Virus record (IMG/VR): IMGVR_UViG_3300010354_000089
Coordinates: 1-63,004 of that record
Reading direction: 5' to 3' (one strand)
DNA: 63,004 bases
From: a virus
Taxonomy: Duplodnaviria; Caudoviricetes
The notes under the pieces are model-generated. The model did no database searches. It was not told where the DNA came from and saw only the letters and a list, made by a program, of their open reading frames with translations. This document shows positions 47,464 to 56,280 of this stretch, piece by piece (the stretch's first letter is position 1; every line of letters starts with the position of its first letter). Both the position numbers and the translations under genes were made by a program.

Positions 47464-47753
47464 TCGTCTAGTTTGATTCCCCCGCAAACTTCAAGAATGC
47501 GATTAATAGTTGGTACATCAAGTGCGTCTTCTAATGCATCTCTATTGCTGACTAATTCTGGCAATTGCTTTTCTAAAGCTACTGCACAAGCGTCAATTAA
47601 TATTGTTAGAGTTTCTTCTTCAGAAGTAATTTCTGCTGTCTTTTGAATTACCACCATGAACTTTCTAAGCTCTTTAATGGTAAGCGGTTTTAATTTAACA
47701 ACTGCTCCATTTTGTAGGGTAATTTCTTCTATGTTATATACCGTATTGGCCAA
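47421..47753 (-). CDS. Tail assembly chaperone (G)
   Basis: TTG start at 47753 after AGGAGG; between major tail and TMP. Confidence 0.8.
   Translation of the reverse strand: MANTVYNIEEITLQNGAVVKLKPLTIKELRKFMVVIQKTAEITSEEETLTILIDACAVALEKQLPELVSNRDALEDALDVPTINRILEVCGGIKLDDPNLLAAAVLAGQN
47457..47463 (-). other. Programmed -1 ribosomal frameshift site C CCA AAC
   Basis: XXXYYYZ heptamer in phase; the -1 frame reads PKPTSGSSSGWSELD; downstream hairpin. Confidence 0.75.
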
Positions 47754-47809
47754 TTTAATCCTCCTAGGATCTAGTCTCAATTATTATAACATATAGGTTT
47801 TAATACTAC

Positions 47810-47847
47810 AAGCAAAAAGCCCTCAATATTATATTGAGGGCCTTGCT
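47810..47847 (-). terminator. Intrinsic terminator after major tail gene
   Basis: gccctcaata/tattgagggc stem followed by UUUUU on the minus strand. Confidence 0.75.
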
Positions 47848-47859
47848 CACTTAATTAAA

Positions 47860-48543
47860 TTAAGCTGGGGTCCATGTACGGTCGATAATCTTTCCGTACT
47901 CTGATCCTGAGTAATTCGAATCTGCAAGCAGACGGAATGTTACTGGGAATGTTGTTGGGGTATTACGTGCAAGTGAGAATTGTGACTGTTGTACAGACAA
48001 TACACGACGTGCATAATAAATACGCTCTGATGTAGAAGATGTTACAGTTGGAGCCTGTCCAATTGCAATCAACTGACGCTCTGTTGGCTGAACACCAAGA
48101 GCACCTGCTTCTAGTCCCAAAGTGCTTCCTGATAGAGTTGATTGACCCTGTCCGAAAACAACTAGAACGTTTTCTAGTGTACCTTCGGCCATTTCTGTTG
48201 CAATCATAACTTCCATCGCAGACTTGAACAGCTTAGCTGTATCAAGTAACTGGTCAACAGTAACGGAATCGTATGTTGGGTTATATGTGATCTGAAGACC
48301 ATTGTTTGTATAACCTACGTTACGGTATGCGTTCTCTGTGTCATTTTGTCCTGCATCAAGAGTTACACGATAAGATGCTGCAGCATTGTAAGCTGGAACT
48401 TTGTCCTTCTTACCTGTTGCGCCTGCTCGTGATACGCCTGGCTCCATATTTTCAACATAGTTTGCACCTGCTGTTGAATCAGCATTTGTAATATAGAGAG
48501 GTGATGCACCGACAAGAATATTTTTGGCTGAGTTAAATGCCAT
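47860..48543 (-). CDS. Major tail tube protein
   Basis: NILVGA...VGYTNNGL...VDQ; position; SD AGGAGG. Confidence 0.85.
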   Translation of the reverse strand: MAFNSAKNILVGASPLYITNADSTAGANYVENMEPGVSRAGATGKKDKVPAYNAAASYRVTLDAGQNDTENAYRNVGYTNNGLQITYNPTYDSVTVDQLLDTAKLFKSAMEVMIATEMAEGTLENVLVVFGQGQSTLSGSTLGLEAGALGVQPTERQLIAIGQAPTVTSSTSERIYYARRVLSVQQSQFSLARNTPTTFPVTFRLLADSNYSGSEYGKIIDRTWTPA

Positions 48544-48633
48544 TATTTCTTACCTCCTGTTTTCAAGAATATATATATATATTATTGTTTCAATCTTTCG
48601 ATCTTGGCTGGCTAGGCCCTTTCCTCTAGGATA

Positions 48634-48662
48634 ATTTTAATGTATAATCTGCCCCAAGGCAA
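48634..48662 (-). promoter_or_regulatory. Promoter TTGCCT-17-TAAAAT for the major tail gene
   Basis: Exact 17-nt spacer; same architecture as 54260-54288. Confidence 0.55.
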
Positions 48663-48663
48663 A

Positions 48664-49176
48664 TCATAAAAATCTGCCGTCTGTGCCTACGTGCCTTGAG
48701 TATTTGACCTCTAAAACTATGTCTGATGAGAAAAACCCAGCTAGCTCTTCAGATGGGGAGGTCTCTGAAATGTCTGCTATGAATATACTGTAGAATTTAA
48801 ACTTATTGGAAATGCCAGAAAATCTATTTGTGTCTGCTGCTGACTCGTCCATTCTTCTATATTGATCCGTTATAAAGTTCCTAATTTCTGCTATCTCAGA
48901 ATAGTCTGTAGCATAAATTGTTAGTAGTATCTGCTCGCAACATATAACCCAGTTCTCTTCATATGACATTCCTATCTTGTCATATATGATGTGCTTTTTA
49001 CCACTTAAAAATTGGTCAAGCTCTGGCTGCTGCTGGACTGGAAGTATGGGGACGATATTAGCATTTAAATTTTCGCTATAATAATCTTCCTCGTTAAATA
49101 TATTAGCACTAGTAAGTCCGCTCCACAAATGCTTTCTTAAATCAGACATCATATCTATTTTATAATCTATTGTCAT
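48664..49176 (-). CDS. Putative tail terminator/completion protein
   Basis: Synteny: last gene before major tail. Confidence 0.55.
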   Translation of the reverse strand: MTIDYKIDMMSDLRKHLWSGLTSANIFNEEDYYSENLNANIVPILPVQQQPELDQFLSGKKHIIYDKIGMSYEENWVICCEQILLTIYATDYSEIAEIRNFITDQYRRMDESAADTNRFSGISNKFKFYSIFIADISETSPSEELAGFFSSDIVLEVKYSRHVGTDGRFL

Positions 49177-49177
49177 T

Positions 49178-49954
49178 TTATCCTCCGAATGCCATCTTTA
49201 ATGCAGTATCTGATTGAACATTTAAACTATTTGCAGAAAAAGAATATTTAACTTTTTTTACATCAAATGGCAACTTTAATGCCTTTCCAAGATTTGATGA
49301 AAATATTTGCTGGAATCCAGATCTTTTAATAGAAAGACTTACTAGGTTACCTGTAAAGAATCTTGCATAGGCGATTTGAAATCTTCCTGAAGCTTTGCCT
49401 CCACCTGGCTTTCTAACAGTAACAGATCTTCCTTCTGGCATAAATACAATATCATCATCTATTTTAAATACTAATCTTTTTGCATTGCGTGGTCTAATAA
49501 CAATAGGATTGCCTGCTTCCATTACGCTTGCCTTGTTTGCAAATACATATCTAGATTTTCCAATAGAAGATGGAACCATACTTTTTGATAAAAGAAAATC
49601 TGCTTTTATTGAAAATGAAAGACCTTCTGCAGAGTTTACTACTAGCTTAAACAATCTGCTATTGCTTTGTCCTACCCTTTTCCATTCATACATATGATGT
49701 AAAGATTTAGGATTTGATCTTGCCTGTGCATCTATATATTCAGAAAAATCTTTTTCTATTTGTTTAAATAAAATAGTTCTAAACTTTTCTTGAAAACCTT
49801 TATTTGTAGTAACCTTTGCTATTGTTGTTGCTTGATAATATATTGCAGCAGATATTTGGGCTACGGTACTATCTTTTAAAACCGTTCCCTTTGCGCCAGA
49901 TAAATTTCTTTGCAATCCGCTGGCAGCTTGTACTAATAATGGGCTAGTATCCAA
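49178..49954 (-). CDS. Putative neck/tail-completion protein
   Basis: Synteny; HHMYEW and IRP..AK.L.F. Confidence 0.55.
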   Translation of the reverse strand: MDTSPLLVQAASGLQRNLSGAKGTVLKDSTVAQISAAIYYQATTIAKVTTNKGFQEKFRTILFKQIEKDFSEYIDAQARSNPKSLHHMYEWKRVGQSNSRLFKLVVNSAEGLSFSIKADFLLSKSMVPSSIGKSRYVFANKASVMEAGNPIVIRPRNAKRLVFKIDDDIVFMPEGRSVTVRKPGGGKASGRFQIAYARFFTGNLVSLSIKRSGFQQIFSSNLGKALKLPFDVKKVKYSFSANSLNVQSDTALKMAFGG

Positions 49955-50375
49955 TTTTCTGATTTTCCGATCTCATTATTGTATTGTTATATCCCACAAC
50001 ATTTCCAAAAGGGTCTGTCATTGGTGTTATTCCTATAATTTCAAATACTGTAGGGCTTTCTGTTGGAAAATTTATTTCTGACCAAATAACGTTACCTGCT
50101 GAATCTTTTATGTTAGTTATTTTAATTCTATAAGTTAATCTTTCATTTGTTCTAACTTGTAAAATTTGCTCGTTATTATACTTTGCTCCAAATGATTGTT
50201 GATTTCCAGATCTAGCTGTTGATGAAGTATTACTTATATTACCTTTTGCATGGCAAGGTATTGTTTTATAATAAGTCCATTCTTTTTTTATTTCACCAGT
50301 GTCTTCATTTTGACTATTTGTCTGTCTGTATATATCCATAGACATGGTAAGAATTGAATCAACAATATCATACAT
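49944..50375 (-). CDS. Putative head closure/stopper protein
   Basis: Synteny; Q...TGEIKKEW and DPFG motifs. Confidence 0.6.
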   Translation of the reverse strand: MYDIVDSILTMSMDIYRQTNSQNEDTGEIKKEWTYYKTIPCHAKGNISNTSSTARSGNQQSFGAKYNNEQILQVRTNERLTYRIKITNIKDSAGNVIWSEINFPTESPTVFEIIGITPMTDPFGNVVGYNNTIMRSENQKIGY

Positions 50376-51358
50376 TACACTATAACCATCTGAGTTAAGA
50401 CATACGATTCTAGGAGTTTGTCTACGTAGTTATTTCCTGTTCCGCTAAACGTATCCGCTCCGTATTTAAAACTCCAGTCAAATGATTGAACAGACTCTAG
50501 GTATTTATTTCTCCATACTTTATCTTTAGAAAAATAATCCTTCATCAATTCAATACACGCTAGCTCAATTTCGTCTGGTATTTCTTCCCACCCAAAACGG
50601 CCATGCACTTTATACTGAACACCTTCTCTAAATACTCCAGCAGAGTCATGAATTGTTGGAGGAACCATTCCGTTAGCAACATATACAGTATTGTCTAACA
50701 TACTGGCACGATTAATTCTTATTCCAAAACCACTTTCTGAAATAATCGTATCGTATCCCCAATTATTTATTGCTGGTGTGGCTATGTTATCTACCATTAA
50801 TAAATCATTAGCATAAACATCATATATTCTATCTATCTTTTGAGGAAGAGGCAAAATATCTGTACCGTTTCCATAAACTACATAAGTGTCCTCATATAGA
50901 TAAAAATTTTGCCCAGTAAAATTTTCTATAACTTTTCTTGCATATCTTTCTGCAGCCAACAAATCCTTATATGATTTCCAGTTTGGATCAGAAGGATCTG
51001 AGCCGAAGCCTAGGTCATCTATAGCTTGCTGAACATCCGTGTATGGGGTAACAACATAAAGCTTATGAGTTTTATTTACTTGTTGTCCTTGAACAGAATA
51101 TGCCCATGACAATTTAAGATCTCTACTTTTTGAAGTTGCATCAATTGGAAGAAATACTTGATATACACCTATATCTGTTTCTACTTTTTCAGCAGTTAAT
51201 GTGTATAAAACAGAATTTACTGGAATTGGTGGAACAGTTAGAGGATCTAAAGTAACATCGTAAACTGTAACAATTGGCATGGCATCAGCATCAACGGACT
51301 CTCCTCGCCAAAATACCTTGTGTTCAATCCCTGGGTTTGTACCTACTAATAGTTCCAT
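50375..51358 (-). CDS. Head-to-tail adaptor
   Basis: IENFTGQNF, GWEEIPDEIELAC and TGNNYVD.LL. Confidence 0.7.
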   Translation of the reverse strand: MELLVGTNPGIEHKVFWRGESVDADAMPIVTVYDVTLDPLTVPPIPVNSVLYTLTAEKVETDIGVYQVFLPIDATSKSRDLKLSWAYSVQGQQVNKTHKLYVVTPYTDVQQAIDDLGFGSDPSDPNWKSYKDLLAAERYARKVIENFTGQNFYLYEDTYVVYGNGTDILPLPQKIDRIYDVYANDLLMVDNIATPAINNWGYDTIISESGFGIRINRASMLDNTVYVANGMVPPTIHDSAGVFREGVQYKVHGRFGWEEIPDEIELACIELMKDYFSKDKVWRNKYLESVQSFDWSFKYGADTFSGTGNNYVDKLLESYVLTQMVIV

Positions 51359-51367
51359 TTAAATGGA

Positions 51368-51766
51368 TTAAGAGTAATACTCCTGTACTTCCTTTGGAGT
51401 AGCTAATCTAAATCCTTCCTCCTTGTCAAAAATTTCCTGAGCCTTTTCTTCAGACATAGCAACAAATGGATGATCTTTTGTAAAAGTATATCCCATTATG
51501 TCATATCTAAAGTTTTCTCTAGTCATTCTTACTAATACTTCATCTTTAGCAATTTCTTTTTTTGAATCAAATCTTGGAAGGATTTCATCTGCTACGTCTT
51601 CTGCTTCTTCTAAATCTTTTTGAGTTTTTTGGTAAACAGACCAAGTAACTCCTTCTTCTGATAGGGCAGCAATTATGTCCGCTTTGTTTTTTAATCCTTC
51701 TACTTCAACCGCAAAATCTTCTGCAATTTGCTTTAGCTCTGCGACCTTTAACGCTTCAAAAGACAT
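51368..51766 (-). CDS. Hypothetical protein with an N-terminal Rho-N/HeH-like motif
   Basis: LKVAELKQIA...KADIIAAL; start re-assigned after SD AAGGAG. Confidence 0.6.
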   Translation of the reverse strand: MSFEALKVAELKQIAEDFAVEVEGLKNKADIIAALSEEGVTWSVYQKTQKDLEEAEDVADEILPRFDSKKEIAKDEVLVRMTRENFRYDIMGYTFTKDHPFVAMSEEKAQEIFDKEEGFRLATPKEVQEYYS

Positions 51767-51816
51767 ATAATCTCCTTTGTCTAGGTTATTCAATTATAGC
51801 ATTGATAAATTTAAAT

Positions 51817-51848
51817 GAAAAGCCCCTAATAAAAATTAGGGGCCTTTC
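51817..51848 (-). terminator. Intrinsic terminator after major capsid gene
   Basis: gcccctaat-aaaa-attaggggc plus U tract. Confidence 0.8.
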
Positions 51849-51873
51849 TTGCAAATCTACTTCAAAAATTAAA

Positions 51874-52923
51874 TTATGAAGCGACCTTAACGTTCTTAAC
51901 GACTACCCAAGCGTCAGCCTGCTCGATTTGTACGCCTACACGTGTGTATAGAGTGTACTCGATGCTGTCCTTGCGTGGCCAGAAGAAGCGGTAAACAGTT
52001 ACGTCACGCTTGATACCAATAACTACGTTATTTGGGAATGTCAAGTGGATATCACCGTGTGAACCAGCTGCTCCTGAGTATGAACCAGTTTGTGTCTCTG
52101 GAAGAAGTGGAACTTCAACAATTGGAATACCGAAAGCATATGGTGCTACGTATCCTGCTGGACCTCCAAGAACTGGGACATCACCACGGATAATGCCAGA
52201 AGCAATATCTTGTGGGTTAACATTTTGAATGTTTTGTGAAGTTGCATATAGATAATCCTGAATCAAGTTTGAACCTGAAAGGAATCTAAGATCTGTACGG
52301 CGCTGCTTGTACTTACGAGGAAGTGCCTTTAGCGCTGAGTTGAATACTGCACGGGAGATATTAGCTCCTGCTGCATCAACTACGTGTGCACTGGTCTTTG
52401 CCTTCTTTACAACACCATTAAATGACTTGTAAAGTGCATCACCTGTGAGGGCTGTGTCACCGTTAAGAATAACATCTTCGATGTCATTTCCTGCCTGTGT
52501 TGCCATCAAACGTGCAATATGATCTTCTAGATCAGCACCTTCAATATTGTCTTCAAGAGACTCTGTTGAAAGTTCCCAATCCATGCGAAGCTTCTTTGTT
52601 GTGAGAGAGATCTTTGAGAAAGTTACTGCTGAGTTAGCAGCATCATTATCTCCTTCGGTTGCAAGCTTCATAAGCTTCTCACCAACGGACATACGATCAA
52701 TCTCGGTTGTGTCTGCCTTCATTCGAACTGTACGTGCTACTTTACCGATAACGGTTGCATCGAACATGTAATCAAGGAAGCGAGCAGACTGTTCTGGGTT
52801 TAGGAGACCGCCGTTGCCAGCTTCGCTAGCTACGTGTACTCCAGTACCACCAGTTGTAGAGGCAAATGTACCAGTGGCTGTTGTGCCAGCGGCAATTGCT
52901 TTCTCTAATGTTTCATTGCTCAT
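51874..52923 (-). CDS. Major capsid protein (HK97 fold)
   Basis: GGLLNPEQ, LEDNIEG, LPRKYK and FGIPIVEVP; followed by a terminator. Confidence 0.92.
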   Translation of the reverse strand: MSNETLEKAIAAGTTATGTFASTTGGTGVHVASEAGNGGLLNPEQSARFLDYMFDATVIGKVARTVRMKADTTEIDRMSVGEKLMKLATEGDNDAANSAVTFSKISLTTKKLRMDWELSTESLEDNIEGADLEDHIARLMATQAGNDIEDVILNGDTALTGDALYKSFNGVVKKAKTSAHVVDAAGANISRAVFNSALKALPRKYKQRRTDLRFLSGSNLIQDYLYATSQNIQNVNPQDIASGIIRGDVPVLGGPAGYVAPYAFGIPIVEVPLLPETQTGSYSGAAGSHGDIHLTFPNNVVIGIKRDVTVYRFFWPRKDSIEYTLYTRVGVQIEQADAWVVVKNVKVAS

Positions 52924-52944
52924 TTATTTTTCACCTACCTTATT

Positions 52945-54252
52945 TTAGTTGAATATATCATTCACGGAACCGAGGAAAGAACCGTTCCATTTGGATTTCT
53001 TGATTGTTACTTCCTGAGACCCGCCAAGGTCCGAGGACTTCTTAATTGCAGTCTCTGATTCTACTGCATCGACACGCTTTTGTACACCATCAATCGTGTT
53101 CTTGATGTCATTTACAGCATTTGATAATGCTGTGTGTTGTTCTGCCAACTCTGAAATTCTTACATCAACGCTCTTGCTGAATGTTTCTACTGTTTCTTTA
53201 ATAGCGGAAACCTGAGCAGCATTTGCTTCTGATGCCTTTGTAAGAGTGTCTGAGAAAAAGCCTTTAAGATCGCCTAACATCTTTGCAAAATCAGGTTCAT
53301 CAACCTCAACTTCTGATACGTCGGCTGCTTTTTCCAGAGTTTCGGCAGAAGCGTCTGCTACTGCTTCAGCAGGAGCTTCAGCTACTACTTCTGCAGCAAC
53401 TGGTGTTTCTTCTGCAGCTACAGCTGTTTCTTCAACTGCTGCTACTGCTTCTGTATTTTCTGACACTTCGTTACCTCCTTCTGCGTTTGCCTGTTTTGCT
53501 AATTGTGTATCAGGCAACGTAAATCTTGATTGCTTATGTGCATCAAGAATCTTTTGTATTTCTTTTGCTTTATTGACATCTGTTTTTTCAACCCAACCTA
53601 TTAGCTCTGCTGGCTTTCCAGATACTGGTGACTCAAATGTTTTTTCTGTTGAAAGAAAAACTGAATCGCTGTCTTCGCAATAAAAAATATTTTCTGTTAT
53701 TGTCTCTGCAGCAATCCCTTTAAATAAAAGTTGACCATTCATTTTTTGAATGGAAAGAATGTTACAAAGCTCATTTGCTGGTGAGTCTACTACTGACAAC
53801 TCCATCAATGCATAATCTTTAATAAATCTTACTGTTTGACCTGTAGACTTATTTACTTCATTATCTGATTCGATAATTTTTCCGCCAATAGAAAATCCTG
53901 ATAGTGTGCCGTCAAGAATCTTTTCCCATGTGTCTTGTGCGCCTTTTGAAATATATGCATCGACATATACTCCATTATAAAATTCTCCGCTCTTTGGATC
54001 ATAAAATGTTTCTGGTTTAAATGAAACCATCTTACCAACTGCATTAGATCCATGCATCTCACGAATATTGCCACGGAAATTTTCAAATGCTTTTAAAGAA
54101 GCTTCGGCTGTAACCATATCTCCAGTTTGATCAACGTTGTCTAACGTTGCAAATCCAGACACAGTTCTCTTTTCACGGTTGACCTTAGTAAAAGGCACAG
54201 ACAAGCTAATGTTGTCGCCGTGGCTAGACCATAAAGATTTCTCAATATTCAT
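52945..54252 (-). CDS. Prohead protease with an acidic C-terminal scaffold region
   Basis: IREMH, GFSIGG and ELSVVDSPAN; Glu/Ala-rich linker and coiled coil. Confidence 0.88.
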   Translation of the reverse strand: MNIEKSLWSSHGDNISLSVPFTKVNREKRTVSGFATLDNVDQTGDMVTAEASLKAFENFRGNIREMHGSNAVGKMVSFKPETFYDPKSGEFYNGVYVDAYISKGAQDTWEKILDGTLSGFSIGGKIIESDNEVNKSTGQTVRFIKDYALMELSVVDSPANELCNILSIQKMNGQLLFKGIAAETITENIFYCEDSDSVFLSTEKTFESPVSGKPAELIGWVEKTDVNKAKEIQKILDAHKQSRFTLPDTQLAKQANAEGGNEVSENTEAVAAVEETAVAAEETPVAAEVVAEAPAEAVADASAETLEKAADVSEVEVDEPDFAKMLGDLKGFFSDTLTKASEANAAQVSAIKETVETFSKSVDVRISELAEQHTALSNAVNDIKNTIDGVQKRVDAVESETAIKKSSDLGGSQEVTIKKSKWNGSFLGSVNDIFN

Positions 54253-54259
54253 ATGCTTT

Positions 54260-54288
54260 ATTTTATACTTTTATATATCATAACGCAA
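54260..54288 (-). promoter_or_regulatory. Promoter TTGCGT-17-TAAAAT, probably leaderless, for protease and capsid genes
   Basis: 17-nt spacer; ATG 7 nt after the -10. Confidence 0.55.
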
Positions 54289-54305
54289 ATAATAGTTAAC
54301 TAGGT

Positions 54306-55883
54306 CTAGTCGACTTGCCGTCCGTCGCCCTTGGCATTTCGGCCTTCTCCAGAAACATCTGGGGCATTTGCCTCTCTATCCTGAGACCTTTGTCTACTAT
54401 TCATGGCTTGAGCTTTAATTTCTGCTGCCTGGGCTTGAAGGTCTACAACCTTATCCCCGCCCTCTAAAGGAATCATACCCTTTCTAATTCTAACTTCATT
54501 AGGGGTAATTACCTGCATTCTTAAATATCTTTCGTCAATCTTGGACTGAGTATCTTCATCTGTCAAGGTCAATTCATTGAATTTAAGTACTAGGGCATCT
54601 GTTTTTTCTTCAAATATCTTATTTATTTTCTTTTCAAGAATTAATTGTGCTGGTCTGCATACCTGCTCTTTAAACATCTTATCTGCGTCTCTGGCTGATG
54701 CAAGACTAACTCCCTCTGGAACTCCAATTTTATTTATTGGAACTCTGTGGGCTAACAATATTTCATCTCTATTTGATTTACGATATTTTTCAAACGAGCC
54801 TTCTTGATTTCCTGCTTCAATTGGCTCCATCTTAAATTCAACTTTTGAATCTTGGGTATCAGCTGGAAGCGGAACATACAAAGATCTATGGTTTTTGCCT
54901 TTTAGACCAACCTGGAAGAATTCTAATAATTTACGCTCAGACTCTGGGGAAAGCTTTGCACCCTTAACAGTAATAATATATCTTGGAACAGCTTTATTTT
55001 CAAAATAGTCTAAGTTGTATCTTCCCGAAAGCTCATTTCCAGTAAGAGCAATTTGTGAAGCTATGATATCTGGAATACCATAGTAGTTGTTCATTGGGGT
55101 ATACTTCTTTAAATGTATAATTTCATTAGGTCTATCTTCTTGCCCAGCAATAGGATTCTCAGTATCAGAATCTCCAAAGTTTCTAAAGAACACCGCCTTG
55201 CCGTAAAGAAGCTGGACAAACCCATCTCTTAATCTACGAACTCTCATAGTTTTTGCTGGGATGTGTCCAATATATCCTATGTTGCCTGTTGCTGTTCTGC
55301 CAATTTCAATAAAACCATTTCCAGTAGCTTCTAAGTCAGTATATACCTTAATTAAAGTTTGAGTAAATGTATCTTCATCATTAGTTTCATCTAGCCAGTT
55401 GTGTAGATCCTGTCTTAATTTATTTAACTTTCTACGTGCTCTTTCTAGCTGCTTTTCATCTGTAATGGAGTCAAATGCATCATTTGTTTTCTTTGTTTCA
55501 ATAAAATCGTAACCAAGTCCTACAATATTTGCAACCTTAGCATTAATTGCTGCATAGTTGTATGTAGAAATTTCATAAACTTTTGATAAATATTCAAGGT
55601 TATATGGAGGCTCAATAAGATCAAACATTGCATAACCAGTAATTGCTTGTGCCAAAAGATTTTGTTGTGTCTTAGCACCTTCTTGACCAGTAAGAGCTTT
55701 TGAAAAATCTCTATTTACTTTTCTTCTAAATGAGGCCCCAAGTCCTTTTACCTTTTTTAATTCATCTAGGCCTACAGCAAATGGATCAGAAGTAACTTCC
55801 TCTTTTTTAAAAGAGAACCAGTCTGATGTGTTTGTTATATCAATTATATTTTGGTTATTGTCGTCTTCTTCAATAGAGATCAT
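54306..55883 (-). CDS. Portal protein
   Basis: TGNGFIEI, NEIIH, YYGIPD, YFEN.A.P and ITPNEVR. Confidence 0.92.
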   Translation of the reverse strand: MISIEEDDNNQNIIDITNTSDWFSFKKEEVTSDPFAVGLDELKKVKGLGASFRRKVNRDFSKALTGQEGAKTQQNLLAQAITGYAMFDLIEPPYNLEYLSKVYEISTYNYAAINAKVANIVGLGYDFIETKKTNDAFDSITDEKQLERARRKLNKLRQDLHNWLDETNDEDTFTQTLIKVYTDLEATGNGFIEIGRTATGNIGYIGHIPAKTMRVRRLRDGFVQLLYGKAVFFRNFGDSDTENPIAGQEDRPNEIIHLKKYTPMNNYYGIPDIIASQIALTGNELSGRYNLDYFENKAVPRYIITVKGAKLSPESERKLLEFFQVGLKGKNHRSLYVPLPADTQDSKVEFKMEPIEAGNQEGSFEKYRKSNRDEILLAHRVPINKIGVPEGVSLASARDADKMFKEQVCRPAQLILEKKINKIFEEKTDALVLKFNELTLTDEDTQSKIDERYLRMQVITPNEVRIRKGMIPLEGGDKVVDLQAQAAEIKAQAMNSRQRSQDREANAPDVSGEGRNAKGDGRQVD

Positions 55884-56218
55884 TTCTTGCCCCACTTTTT
55901 CATTTCATCTTTATAGTTGCCAATATCCAATGGATCTGGAACTAGGCCCCACTCAAGTCTTTGCTTTTGATGCTCAAACTCTTCGTCATCAATCTTTCTT
56001 CTTCCTGACAAAAATTTTGGCTGACCGTCGTGAATACCGTAAGATCTAACTTCTCTAGCTAAGGCATCTATGCGGGACCTGTTTCCCTTTTTAGATGTTA
56101 TTGATAAGAAGTTCCCATCGTCGTCGCCTATCCATCTTCCATCAGGCATCTCCCAGACATATATGCCTAGTGTGCTCTCTTCGTCAAGAACTTTTGTACT
56201 TAATTTGTTAAGGTCCAT
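55880..56218 (-). CDS. Hypothetical protein upstream of portal
   Basis: ATGA-coupled to portal; TGGTAGAAT upstream. Confidence 0.7.
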   Translation of the reverse strand: MDLNKLSTKVLDEESTLGIYVWEMPDGRWIGDDDGNFLSITSKKGNRSRIDALAREVRSYGIHDGQPKFLSGRRKIDDEEFEHQKQRLEWGLVPDPLDIGNYKDEMKKWGKK

Positions 56219-56280
56219 AGGATATCATTCTACCATCTTATATGACCAAAGTCCATATTTTGGTACAAGAATGTGACAAA

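Noticed and set aside
48568-48584. (AT)n microsatellite as a phase-variation element
   Set aside because: Short and in an AT-rich UTR; no evidence of length variation from a single sequence
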